A DNA stretch of 64,000 bases, from positions 92,382,001-92,446,000 of the forward strand of contig NC_087472.1 of assembly GCF_036321535.1 (NCBI RefSeq). Reading direction: 5' to 3'. The DNA comes from Camelus dromedarius (lineage: Eukaryota). Positions 11,791 through 24,477 of this stretch are shown in pieces. The notes under the pieces are model-generated. The model worked only from the letters and a program-made list of their open reading frames with translations, did no database searches and had not been told where the DNA came from. Each line of letters begins with the position of its first letter. Position 1 is the first letter of the stretch. Position numbers and translations under genes: made by a program.

Positions 11791-14700
11791 TTCTTTTGTT
11801 AATTTAGAGCAAATATGAAGCATCCAGAACTATGTCAATTCTTCAGACCCTACCCTTATTCCTCATCCTCTCCACAAAAAGTTATCTGCAATATAAAAGT
11901 ACCTTCCCCAATTATATAGAGTGTCAAAAACTCTAGCATGTTCCACTAATTGCTCAAAATGCCACACCAAAACACATATGGCCTTACGTATCTTGTTTTT
12001 AATCTCTTCATGTCATGCTTGCCACCAAATAACCCTTATTTCCCCTGATGTCTAGACTAGACCCCAAAGAAGACATTCTAAATTGCACATCTGTACTATA
12101 CAAAGGGCATTTACTTTACGTCTTCCCAAACTTCTGTTTTTTAATGCACTTACCTTTCACCACTGTTGGTCCAGTTTTGTATTTCTCTCTTGCTTCTTTA
12201 TTTCTGGGTATCATTAGAGTATGGTACTACAGTGTCTTTAACATCTGTATGACATGTCCCTGGGGCCAGGTGGGTGCAGTAGCATTTATGTAATAGTCCT
12301 TGAAATCATGGCATCCTACTGGTTTTTCCCCTTTTTTCACCATCTATCAGACTAAAATTAATTAATGAATATGCTTGTTTTGTTTTATAAGCCCCTTTCC
12401 CAATACCTAATATATTTTGATGAATTTAAAGTAGTCATATATGATTTTAGAAAATTATGTTACCATAAATATCTAGGCATAGCTGACAAATTTACAAAGC
12501 TAATTTGTACGTTCCAGGTAAAACAAAATCTATGACCCCAACTAGGGTATGATTATATCATTCGTTGTTGACTTGCTCTTTCACGTTTGATCTAAAAAAT
12601 ATTTTCAACATCTTTGAGACAAGGATTCATTTCTGTGCTTCACCTCATGTTAAATAAACAGCATGTCAAATTAATTTAAGCATATGCCCACTACTGGCCA
12701 AGACAGTAAGTGTACACACATATGCATACACACTACTCTTTTCCCTGTCTGAGGCCAAACTTTCAGAACTCTGAAACTCTGTGAACAGCTCTAGACTTCA
12801 GAACAATTGTGGTTGGGGAAGGAGGAGCTGCAGACCTTTCCTCCTTTGGAGGAATGAAGCATCTTCTGTGGATCCAAGCCATAAACCAACAACATAGAAG
12901 AGAGAACCATAAAAATAGCACCCACCCTGCTGTGATTATACGATGTCCTACTTGGAAGGATGTACCTTCTCTGATGGCTTGGTAATCTATACATAAGCCA
13001 GCTCTGTACAGAAAATTTGGAGTAGCAACAGAAGGCAGAAGAAAGAAAAAGGGGGCTGGAGGGGGGAACCAAGAGAAAAGGAAACAACTCCATGGCAATC
13101 ATTCAGAGCAGCCACACTGGCAGTTACTAGAATCCTCTCATCAGAGGCTAGGCAGCACAGTGGTGATGAGAGGTAGGTCAGCTACCAGGAGTGGAGTGGG
13201 CAGTCACCAGTATCTCATCACTGTGGCACCTGAAGGCATAAGACATTTCTACTGTGTGTGGGAAAGGAGTCTGGGTGTTGCTAAGTGTGGGTGCTGAGGT
13301 GGGGGCTAATTAACCACTTTCATTTGGTTCAATTGTCCCTGAGGCAGTGATTGCCAAAGGCATTTTGCACAGTCACATTCCTTAAAAAGAGGGAAGAGGT
13401 TTTAACAATTCTAATTCTCTGCTTGTACCTACACTAAGGCACCAGTAGATCACAATAACTAAGACACAAAAATATCATGAACAATCACCAAGAGAGAAAA
13501 GGAAATTTATATTTGAGATATTCTGTATATTAAGACTGGAAGCCTATCTTTGAAGAATTCTATAGGGGCTAAAATATACATGAAGGTGTTCTTGTTATAA
13601 TCTGAAGATTGCCAAATTTGGTTTGTCTATTAAAGACAGAAGTTCCAGTAGTTAGAGGAACATTAGAAATCAGAATACTCAGGTAACTCAATCACAAATT
13701 TTATTGCTTGCATACATGTAGTGAATGGAAGTACATAACCCTCAACATATAAATTGTGAATGCAATTGCATTTCAAATGCAAAAATAATCATTTAGCAGT
13801 TTTGCAAATGTTTATTTGCTGACTGTTAAACCCTGACTTCTGGAATTTTATGCCAGTTTTGATTTAGGGATGGAAGATGAGAAGCTTAATTTTTAAAAGG
13901 CATAAAGTAAAATCTTTAAATCATTTCTGAGGTGAGCTGAATGCTCTGGATAGAGTAATTGTCCCATCAAATGCTATTAATATCTAAGGAAAGTATTTTT
14001 AATAAACTTAAGAATGCCAAGAACCAATGTCTTTTCTTTTTCTAAATAGTTACCTTGTTGAAGTGCTTTGAGATTCAAGTTTTGAGGATCTAAAAGGACC
14101 TCAACAAAATTGCTTTCTAACTTATTTCACTCTATGTCAAAGATTCACCAGACAGATCCCTGAGATGTCCTATTTCAGTGCAAAATCACTCTTGCATTGG
14201 TTTCTATGGCAGCCAATTGCAGAAACTGTAATGCAGCTCTCACTTTCTATTCCAGTGTTGATTGCAAGCATCAGTGTCAGGGAGACTGTATTTGTCTTGA
14301 CAAATCTCCATCTGAATATAATGCATACACAGTTACACCCCAAGCTGTAAGTCACGAGAATTCTGGAAAAAAGTAGATAACAGAGATACACAGGGAATTA
14401 CACAATGTTGATGTGCATGTGTGAGGAAGAGAGAGGAGAGACAGAGGGAGAGAGAGAAAAACTGTTTCATAATTTAAGACTCTCTAAAAGGTAGAGCTGC
14501 AATCCTCTTCCCAAGAGTGTCACTCAATGGGTTTAAGAAGCTGAAATCACATTATTTGGTAAAAGGAGAGAAACTTAGTCCACTTCCTAAATGAGTGCCT
14601 GAATCAGAGGAGGCTCTGGATCTTAGGAAGAGTATATCTTCAGAGATAGATGAGAGAAGCAGTATCAAAATAATGGGGAAAAAAAATAGAAGACCAACAA

Positions 14701-15049
14701 GAAAATAGGAAAAGTTAGTTTAAAATCACTCATTTAGAAACTTAGCTGCATATCTCTATCTCTATTCATTCCATCACCCAGACTCCTAAAATATTCTGCA
14801 ATACTCTAGTCTTAATTGGTGAGCAGAACCTAAATAAAAGCCCGGAAATGAACTCTGACTTCTCACTACAGGTGTGGGGAGATGCTGGAAATCCCCAGGA
14901 ATCTCTAAGGTCTGGGCAATAAAGACATGAAGGATTCTAGCCAGGCACTCAGAAGTAACAGCCCCCTCGCTGGGCCTGAACAGGAGCAATGCATGCTCTT
15001 TCCTCAGATTCAGAGCAGAATAATAGAAGTAAAATGGGATCTCCATTCA

Positions 15050-15255
15050 CACAGATTTGGATTTCAATGCTAACTCTCTTACTTCCTTTGTGATCATGGA
15101 TAAGTTGCTTACCTACTGAAGCCTCAGTTTCATCATCAATAAAGTTGAGAAACATGGCTTGCCTTAAGGGACTGATGGGAAAATTACATGAGAAAATATA
15201 TGCAAGGCACCTAGCACAAAGCATAGCCAATATTAAATATGTAATATATGAGAAC
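15050..15255 (+). mobile_element. MIR SINE
   Basis: tgtgatcatggataagttgcttacctactgaagcctcagtttcatcatc...gcacctagcaca. Confidence 0.8.
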
Positions 15256-15559
15256 TGTTGTAATTAATGCTAGTATATTTTGAATTATACTGTTTTATAA
15301 TGCATGCTATCATTTCTAATTATATTATCCTTGTAGCCCCTAGAACACTTGGTAAAGTCCTACACACATGGTAGGTAGCTGCTTAATCATTACATGTGAC
15401 TGAATGATTGAGCCTTGGTTAGATAGAAAATTCATATACATAAATTAAAGACCCAAGTAATAAAGTGGCTCACCTGCAATGATTGCAATCATAAAGGAAT
15501 CCAGGCCCAACCAAGTGGTTTAATTTTTCCCACAGCATTTATATTCAGAGGAATTACAG

Positions 15560-15785
15560 AATTGAGAATACAGGGTTTTGAGCTAAACTTATTGGGTTTA
15601 AATTCCATCTTTACCATTTATTAAAAGTGTGGACTGGAACATAGGTCCCTCTCCTGTAAAATAGGAGCAGAAATAGAACTACCTCATAGTATTGTTGGGT
15701 TAATTAAATGAGCTAATAAAAGTAAATGAGTAAAGCATCTAGAACAGTGGTTGGCACTTAAGAAGCATGACTGAAGTATTAACTC
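15560..15785 (+). mobile_element. MIR SINE
   Basis: ctgtaaaataggagcagaaatagaactacctcatagtattgttgggttaattaaatgag. Confidence 0.75.
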
Positions 15786-15889
15786 ATTAAAATTAGTGAC
15801 TGATGTTGAATACTATCAATATTTAACCCCCCAAATTCTCCTCCAATAGTATATATAATCATATGTAATTTAAGTATGAAAGGTTGAAC

Positions 15890-16050
15890 AGAGCTAATAT
15901 GGGAAAGAGTAGATCCAGTCTAAATCCTGATTCTGCAATTAACTGGTTTCATGACCTTGAGTGAATCATGAAGTCTCTCTATATGTTCTCATCAGTTACA
16001 TGTGAGCATCAGACAGACAGTGTTTGTGGTCCATCCTATCTCTACTATGA
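15890..16050 (+). mobile_element. MIR (MIR3-like) fragment
   Basis: ctaaatcctgattctgcaattaactggtttcatgaccttgagtgaatc. Confidence 0.55.
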
Positions 16051-16529
16051 TAACATTCTCTGATTTTCATTGCATCCTGTAAGGATCATTTATCTTCCCC
16101 TAGGAGTGCAGCTTCAATTCTATACAAGAAGCCAGCTGGGGAAAAAAATCTCATACAGAGAATTTCACTTTGCTACCAGCTTTCTAGCATCAAGTCTGTT
16201 CCATACACAATAAGGCAAAACTATAGTAAAAACATCCTTATGCTATTTCTTCTTCAGACTCCTTCACATTTACCATTGCCATCAGAATTGAACTCAGAAA
16301 ACAGTAAAGGATCGAGGAGACGTGTGAAAGAGCCCTTTTTTGCTCTCAGCATTTCAAGGAGCTCTCTGTTTCCAATACCAGTAGTTGCAGTATCTTTGTG
16401 ATATCACGTCTAACAGCTTTATTATTTTTTTTGAGCCTAACGTCCTTTCTTCCATGAGCCACCACAGATGACATGAAAGCATACGGTCATCGTGTAAAAC
16501 TGGGATTATAACACAACATCGCAGAAGCT

Positions 16530-16705
16530 TTGAATAATAGAGGACTTCAGGGGTAATGCCGTCTTAACTCATTTTTAAAATGAGGGAAATCAGGCAAAAA
16601 GATCCCTTTTAACTTATTAAAAAAGATACAGATACTTAGAGATAGAGCCAGCACCAGAAACTAAGTCTCTTGTAACCTAATCTATCATTTTACCACAGCA
16701 TCATG
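16530..16705 (-). mobile_element. MIR fragment
   Basis: ctcatttttaaaatgagggaaatcaggc...agagccagcaccagaaactaagtctct. Confidence 0.6.
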
Positions 16706-17329
16706 GTGCCTTTGGGTTAATAAGTGCTTAGCTCAGCCCAAAAGGGAATTCCCCAAAACAGTTTCTTACCTCAATCAATGTCATTGTATAGTATGTTTGC
16801 CTTAAGGATATGGTCCTTACCTTATGACTCTACTAGTTCTTATTTCCATAGGAATCATTAAAATTATCACAACTCTTAATCCCCAAACACAAAACAATCC
16901 TGCACTGCACACAAAGCTTCATGGGTACTCACACTCCATACAACGTCAAATGAATTCTGGATGAGAGTGACTGAGAGCATGCTCCTAATCCTTCAATTTA
17001 GGAATTGAGAATTGGGCCTGAAAATAGTTCCACTTGACAGAATACCCCCAAAATATTTTCTTCATTTGTGGAATAGAGTGTTGTGGAGACATCAGCAATA
17101 GTTAGTGGCTTACAGGGAAACGTTTGGAAACATTAGCAATTTTCTGACTTTAGTCTTTTGGTTCAAAGTGCACGCTATCAGAGGGTTTATTTCCTTTCAC
17201 TCTATACGTAAAAATCTGGTGCCAAGGTGAAAAAAAACCACAAGATATTTCATCTATTCTACTGATGTTTATTTTTATAGGTAGACTTCAGTAAATATAT
17301 ATATATATTTGCATACCCATATACCACCA

Positions 17330-17844
17330 TGTGGTAGGCAGAATAATGTCCCCACCCAAGCAGTCTACATCCTCATCCAGGAACCTCTGAATTGGTCAGA
17401 TACCATGGCAAAGAGGAAATAAGGTTGAAGATGGAATTATTATTACTAATCAGCTGACCTTAAAATAGAAAGAGGACCCTGTATTATCCAGGTGGGTCCA
17501 ATGTAATCGTAAGGGCCCTTAAAAGTGGAAAATGGAGGCAGAAGAACAGTCAGAGAAGGCGATGTGCCTACTGAAGAATGCTTAGAAAGATGAAACACTG
17601 CTGCCTGGGAAGATGGTGAAAGAGGGCCATGGGCCATGGGATGTGTACAACCTCTAGGAGTTAGAAAAGGCAAGGAAACGGATTCTTTCTTAGAGCCTCC
17701 AGAAAAGAATACAGCTCTACTGACAACTTGATCAGTAAGACCTGTGTCAAATTTCTAACCCAAGAAGTGCAAGATAATAAAATTGTATTGTTTTAAGTCA
17801 CTAGGGTTTTGAAAATGTTTCAGTAGCAAAGGAAACTGAATGCA
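17330..17844 (+). mobile_element. MaLR solo LTR (MLT1D-like)
   Basis: Starts tgtggtaggcagaataatg, contains tatccaggtgggtccaatgtaatc and ggcaaggaaacggattct, ends aatgca; 5-bp TSD cacca/cacta. Confidence 0.9.
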
Positions 17845-20800
17845 CACTACTCATTTTTTAAAAAAAAAACTATTACCACTGAAAAGTGGAAATTGAATGT
17901 GCTGTGATATTCAAAGTCTTTCTGTAAAAAATTGATTATATTTTTTAAAAAGGGTGTAATTCAGTTATAACAATTCTCTATCACATAAGAAAGCAGGACT
18001 AGTGTAAAGGAAAGGAACTATTCTACCTTCTGCAACAGATTAGACTATACAAGATACATTCTAAATAGATTACTATTAATGTGTAAGACTATACAACTGT
18101 AACACCTACTATGAAGAAAAAATGTTTTGCCATCAATATTTCCATTTTTCCTAGCTTAAAATGCATATATGGGATATAAACCTCATTTTTAAAGGCTGTC
18201 AACTTTTAAAATAAAAGCTTTGGAAAATATAAAGAACTATGAAAAAGATAGTTTCAGTTCAGATTTCTTAAAGTCTTCTTTAAATAATAATTTGCAATAC
18301 TAATTCAGTAGGTATTTAGAGGTTATGAATAAGGAAAAGAGTGGATTGTGCATTTTGTTTTGTTTTGTTTTGAAAATGAAGTTCTAGGCCATGTCCTAAG
18401 AAGACTCTACTACCGAAGACAGTCACATCTGTCTCTGACTTTACTGCCATTTTGTTCTCCAGATTCCACGTGCCCACATCCACCCTCTACACTTGAGGAC
18501 TATACATAACTGTAGGTTCATGGTGAACAAGTGTGAGTTACTGAAGGTATCAATAAAATGATGTTTCTACCCTCCCAAATCCAATGGATGACCAAACTGG
18601 GTTTTGGTGATCTCTAGTGGCTAGGAAGAAACAGAGACAAGTTAGGAGCAAAGGAACCATGGTAGAGGCTCTTGTTATGTAGGACAAGAAAGTCACTCCT
18701 AGATACACATGTTGTTGGGTAAACAGTAAAGCAAGGATGGCCTCAAGAAATGGCATGAGAAAAGAAATTAGACAATTGTGAGGGCAAACAATGTCAAACA
18801 ATGACAAAAATGTCAATGAGACTTTAGGTAACAGGCCTACAGAGCCCAAAAGAGTTATCAGTAGGTGGTGAGGGAAGAACAGATAGAAGCTCTGAAGAAC
18901 ATGATTAAAGATGTTGACAACATATTATCTAAAACTTTCAACCAAAACCATGTGTTCTAATTTCTTAAACACATGCTTCACGGTATAACAATTCGAGGTG
19001 ATATTCAGATAGATAACCTACCTTCTTCCACATATAAGGAAACATTAGCAGAAAGGAAGAAAGGCCATTTATAAACTCTGTAATCATTCAGTTTGAGAAT
19101 AACAGAAGCAGGTGTGTAGGTCTTTCTCTAATGCTCATGAGCAACAGGGATCTACTGTACTGAGAAAACACAGCTTGCTGCCAAATCTGGTGCCTGGTGC
19201 TTCTGCATTCTTTTCCATTCTCAACAATAAGGAAGGCTCCACATCATAGCTATTGAGTTCATTCAGCTGTTCTCATATCATTTCCTCCACAGTCTCCCCA
19301 TAAATTTCTATTGTGCCAACATGCAGAGAACTGATTACATTCTTTTCAGTGTCTTTGAAACTTGCAATCAAATTATTCTATGCAATTAAAAATGCATGAA
19401 TATTTTTTCTTTAGTAATACCTCTCCACATGCCCCTCCTACCTCCACACTCTTCTCATCTGCTGTCCCACCCCCTTCTGAGTTTCTTTGCTGCTGGTTTA
19501 GAATCCACTTAAAGCGTATCCTCTATGGAAGCCATGTTACCCACTGCCAGTCTAACACACTTGTTTCACAATAACAACCACAAATCATAAAATCAGAGGT
19601 GATGTTGGTAAAGGCATGGTTATTAGGGAAAGAAGTAGTGTTCGAGGCCCTTAGATGCAAACACTAATAAGAGATCTGAATAAGTACCTATGACTGCTTC
19701 CATATTGAAAATGTTTGCAACTCAAACTCACATCTTAAACATTACATTAAGAAGATTACTTATCAGTTTGTATTTTGTGAGGATGTGTCATGTGTAAAAC
19801 ACGGAGCAAGGCACACTACTTTAATAACCGCATACGAACAGGGGCCCCACTTTGACATAGCAAGGTGTATCTAGATCAAGGCTTGTGGCATTTCATAGCT
19901 AAGAACACTATGCTTGCTGCTGCTTAATGCCTGGGTGCTGTATCTAATTAGTTAATGCTCTTTTCCCTATGCTCTTAGCTTAGGGTGTCTAGAAACCTAA
20001 CTTAAGTGCGAGAGGAATGAGTACTTTTTCTGCAAGACAGACAGGACTCTATCCGGTAGGGCTCCTGCTGGTTTATTAAATAAGCAGCAATTCTAAATTA
20101 GGTTATGCTGGTTTTGACAGTTTCTGCAAACTGACATTTTCATTTGCTCAGTTTTTTGGAACAACCCATCATGCAGATATATTACTTGTTGAGACCTCAT
20201 AAAAACTCTGTTTTTCTTTGGGCTGTGAGTATGAATTTCTAATGAACTTGGCTCTGGATGAAAGGCAAGTTCTCACCCATTACTGCAAAGGATGGTTTTA
20301 TTTTACTGAATGTCAATTTAACAATATCAATGCAATACCGATGTCCTTATTTCTAATGTTTGATACATAAGGTATTACCCTTGTGACCTCAAAATGGAAA
20401 AAAAATTAAGAAACAGAAGGAATAGAAGGCTAAGACTCCTAAGGGGGCTTGATATTTGCTGCTTGCACCTATAGTTTATAAGTCAATGATGACTAGCACA
20501 GAATACAGCCATTCCAAGCTAACCAGAATAGAGCTCAGTCATCTTGCTAAAGATCTCACAGCATGGTCAATCTCCCCAATCCAACATACAGCATTAACTA
20601 TCATATTTTTGCCAAATAAAGTCACAGAAAAGTTACCTACTTTCAAGTCTGCAAACTGAACTAGTATTTGAGTATCTTGAAAGGGGTACTACATCCACAA
20701 ATGTACTTTTATTTCAGTCAAACCTTCCAATTATTTTCCCATGATGAAGTGTCAGCATATCTCCGTACAGAAGCATGTTTGTTACAATATAGTGACTAAC

Positions 20801-21769
20801 AGTTGAAAAATCAGGAAGTTCTCAGCCAACTGTTTTTGCTACAAAATGATTGAGAAATGATCTGACCAATATTTCCTTGATGTGTTTGGTTGTTTGGTGC
20901 TGCTTAAACACATCAATAGAGCACAGAAATCTTGCTGTTCAACATTATGTTCAGTGAGGCATCCGGGATTATTCACCAATTGACTTTCAAACAGAATCTG
21001 GTGGAAAAGTGGCTGGCTAGTACACAGATTCAGCCATACCTCCGGGAGGGAAGAGAGTATCAGTTTCAATATCAACATCAGTTCATTAAATCATAGGCTG
21101 CCTCGCACTTATACTTCCTTATGCTACAGCATTCTGGATATTTTAAGCAAATGAGTGATGAAAAAATCACTATATTTGCCTTTTTTATGAATCCCATCTA
21201 TAATCTGTTCAGTGGCAAGAAATGGGACTCATGTCACAGGATTTCCTAAGTTGCTTCCTTACGTGTTTTCCTAAATCAGTTTTTCTGACATTATATATTA
21301 ATGCTCACCAGTAAAACACTTACACATCTCCTTATAAAAATAGCACTTGAATAGTGCTTGTTATATAGGGAATAACCCTAGAAGAAAATTACATATTTAT
21401 TTTTACTCTTTTTTTCAAGAATTAATTTAAGGTAACTTACCTAAATCAAGCAGGAAAACATAAATGAGAAATTGGTAAGGGAACAAAAAGGAAAAGAGAA
21501 GGAAAAAGGTTTCCACTAAAGTACGGATTTTTTTCCAATTAGCAGCCAGTTGAAAGATGAAAACCTGGTCACATGGAAGCAACAACACATGGATTGTTCA
21601 AGGGCAATACAACTACCTCTAATAAGGTGAGAAAAGGTTTTCTGTGGTCCTTCAACATGTTATGAAAAACATCCATTGTATCATCCTTATAGTAGAGGGT
21701 CTCATTGGCCAGTTTTTAGCTGTCGTTCCATGTGACTGCTTTGTGGAGAGGCAGAGTTAAGACCACTTC

Positions 21770-21890
21770 TTGAGCTATATGTTACAAGTAGCCCCATTTC
21801 ACAGACGGGCAAACTAAGGCTGTGAAGAAACTTGCTCAAGGTCATAGAGCCAGTTCAGAGCCTAAAACTGAACCAGCCTCCACGCATTTT
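21770..21890 (-). mobile_element. MIR fragment
   Basis: ccccatttcacagacgggcaaactaaggct...cttgctcaaggtcatagagc. Confidence 0.75.
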
Positions 21891-21999
21891 CCTCTCCATC
21901 ACGCCACAATTGCAGGAGATGTGGGGGTGCCTGCTTCACATGGCTGGAGTACAGCAGGGAAATGTAGGTAGGAGATGACCTTAAATGTTCTAACCATAT

Positions 22000-22255
22000 C
22001 CAACATTTATTGAAATATTGCATAGGCCAGGTGCCATGAAAATATATTAAATGCATTTTCCTAGTTAAGCTTCAAAACCATCATTAGTGGTAATAATGAT
22101 TTTTTTTATCATGTTTTATAAATGAGATAACTGAGGTTTAGTGAGGTCAGGCAACTTCCAAGAGGTCACAAAGCTGGGAAGGATTAGAGCTGGAATTTGA
22201 ACCTAAGGTCTTTAACTCTAGAACCCATATACTTAAGCACTTTATTATGCAGCCT
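22000..22255 (-). mobile_element. MIR SINE, near full length
   Basis: ttttataaatgagataactgaggtttagtgaggt...ggtcacaaagctggg...gagctggaatttgaacc. Confidence 0.85.
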
Positions 22256-22334
22256 TCTTAGATCAGAAGGACGTCTCTCTGTATGTAACGGGGGACCAGC
22301 AATGGTTCTGGTGTGCGTAAAGATGGATAAATGA

Positions 22335-22605
22335 TATTCATTCATTCACTTCTTCAGGCAATATTTATAACCTGCACACAATATCTTAGCATTCTTCTGA
22401 GATAAAGTATTCTTAGATACATATAATGTTCTTGTATCCTTCTAGAGATAAACAGCTTTGAACCAGACAAATCCCCCTACCTCATTTAGCTTATATTTTA
22501 GTTTGTTTTTAAGGAAGATGAGTCTGGCTGCTTTATGTAGGATTTTCTGGACATAGATAAGAGAGCTTAGTTTGAAGGTTATTGCACTGATTCAAAGCAC
22601 AAGAT
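22335..22605 (-). mobile_element. L2 fragments
   Basis: attcattcattcac...aatattta tail on the minus strand and downstream L2-like sequence. Confidence 0.5.
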
Positions 22606-22607
22606 AA

Positions 22608-23264
22608 TGTATTAGTTACCTACTGCTGCATAGCAAAGGCCAAAAATCTCGTGGCTGAAAACAACATACAATTGATCATCTTACAGGTTCTGTGGGTCAG
22701 GAGTTCAGGCATGGTTTAACTCGCCCTCTGCTCTGGGTCTAACAAGGCCACATCAAGGTGTTGGCAGGGCTGTATTCTTTGCAGAGCTTGGGGCCTCTTC
22801 CAAGCTCACGTGGTTGTTGGCAGCATTCAGTTCCCTGTGGATGTAGGCCTCTGTTTTCTGGCTAGAAGCACACTCAGCATCTCAAGGCCACTTGAAGTTC
22901 TTCGCCACGTGGCCATCTCACAACATGGCTGCTTACTTCATCAAGAAAGTACTTCGTCTCCAGCAGGGGACTCTCTCTTGGGGAAGGACCCAGACCCTAT
23001 TTTAAAGCTGTCCTGACTAAGTCAGGCCCACTCAGGATAATTTCCATTTTGATTAGCTCAAAATTAACTGATATGCGACCTTAATTACGTACATAAAATC
23101 CCCTTCACTTTCGCCCATACAGTGTAACTGAGTCAGGGGAGTGGCCTCCATCATATTCACAGTCTCTCCTACGCTCAAGGGGAGGGGATAATACAGAGCA
23201 TGTACACCAGCAGGCTGAGAAATCTTGGGGGGGGGGTCCTCTTAGAGGCTATCTGCCTTCCACA
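22608..23264 (-). mobile_element. MaLR solo LTR (MLT1E/F-like)
   Basis: tgtattagttacctactgctgcatagcaaa...ttctgtgggtcaggagttcaggc...ccttccaca. Confidence 0.85.
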
Positions 23265-23965
23265 GCATCTGACCTTATAACCCCATTTTGCAAAGTGTCT
23301 CAAACGAATGATGCCAGATATAGTTTAGAGGTAGAACTAACTGGGAAAAAAAGAGGAGGATTAAAAACAAAGAAGACTAAAGAGGACTAGAACTGTTTCT
23401 CGTGAGGACTGTAAAAACCTTGCATTGAAATATCCAATTTAAGAGCAGTAGTCCAAAGCTTATGAATTGAATTTGGGGAGGCTGAGGTGCTGGAAGAATA
23501 TCAGGAAGTGCTGGTCAGCAGGCACTTGGAAGCTTGCATCCTGGAGGGGTGAGGGAGAAAAAGCAGCACTGAGAGGAAACCTGGGAGTTACTTGAATAGC
23601 AGAATCATCTCTAAGTGAGTAAGATCCCAGGAGTTTGACTATAGGAGAGGTAGATATGACCTAGCAAAAGAATGCGATACAATATAAGCTGTGGTGCAGT
23701 ATTTTCAACTTAAGTTAAAATGTTAAACTTTTAAAATGCTTCTTGTGAAAACACACTGAAATTAAAATGTCAGCTTAGAAAAATGAATGCCTTGGGCATC
23801 TTGCTCTCTTATAAACTTGTTTTTCTCTTATGTGTCAAAGAAACACTGTCATTCAGATGTTTGACTTATTTTGACTACATTATAAAAAGTAACGTACACA
23901 AAACTAGGAGGATGTTTGTTTGAGGGGTGAATATCTGATGGCTGTAAATTATTTGGTACATACAA

Positions 23966-23987
23966 TTATATATATATGTATACACAT

Positions 23988-24021
<34 letters not shown>
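23966..24021. repeat. (TA)n/(CA)n microsatellite
   Basis: Direct inspection. Confidence 0.9.
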
Positions 24022-24101
24022 TCCTTTTTTTTTATACTCTGAAGTTTTCAACAGTCCATAACAAATGCATTGGGCTGATTAGGGAACTGCCATTTTATAT
24101 A

Positions 24102-24162
<61 letters not shown>

Positions 24163-24312
24163 GGCATATAATATAAATATATATATATATATTTATATGG
24201 CAGTTTATATATATATATTTATATGGCAGTTTATATATATATATATATTTATATGGCAGTTTATATATATATATTTATATGGCAGTTTATATATATATAT
24301 ATATTTATATGG

Positions 24313-24378
<66 letters not shown>

Positions 24379-24477
24379 GGCAGTTTTTATATATATATAT
24401 ATAAAATGGCAGTTCCCTAATCAGCCCAATGCATTTGTTATGGACTGTTGAAAACTTCAGAGTATAAAAAAAAAGGA
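24022..24477. repeat. Perfect 83-bp inverted repeat enclosing a TA-rich minisatellite spacer
   Basis: 24022-24104 is the exact reverse complement of 24395-24477 (75 bp outside the TA tract plus 8 bp of AT); spacer 24105-24394. Confidence 0.95.

Noticed and set aside
20877..20916. 11-bp perfect inverted repeat ttgatgtgttt...aaacacatcaa as a possible pre-miRNA
   Set aside because: Stem too short for a miRNA precursor and no recognisable mature miRNA; plausible by chance.
24155..24412. Repeat-spacer pattern resembling a CRISPR array
   Set aside because: Spacers are only (TA)n, the context is mammalian, and there are no cas genes.
23976..24451. Three overlapping YI-rich ORFs
   Set aside because: Translations of the TA microsatellite and minisatellite.
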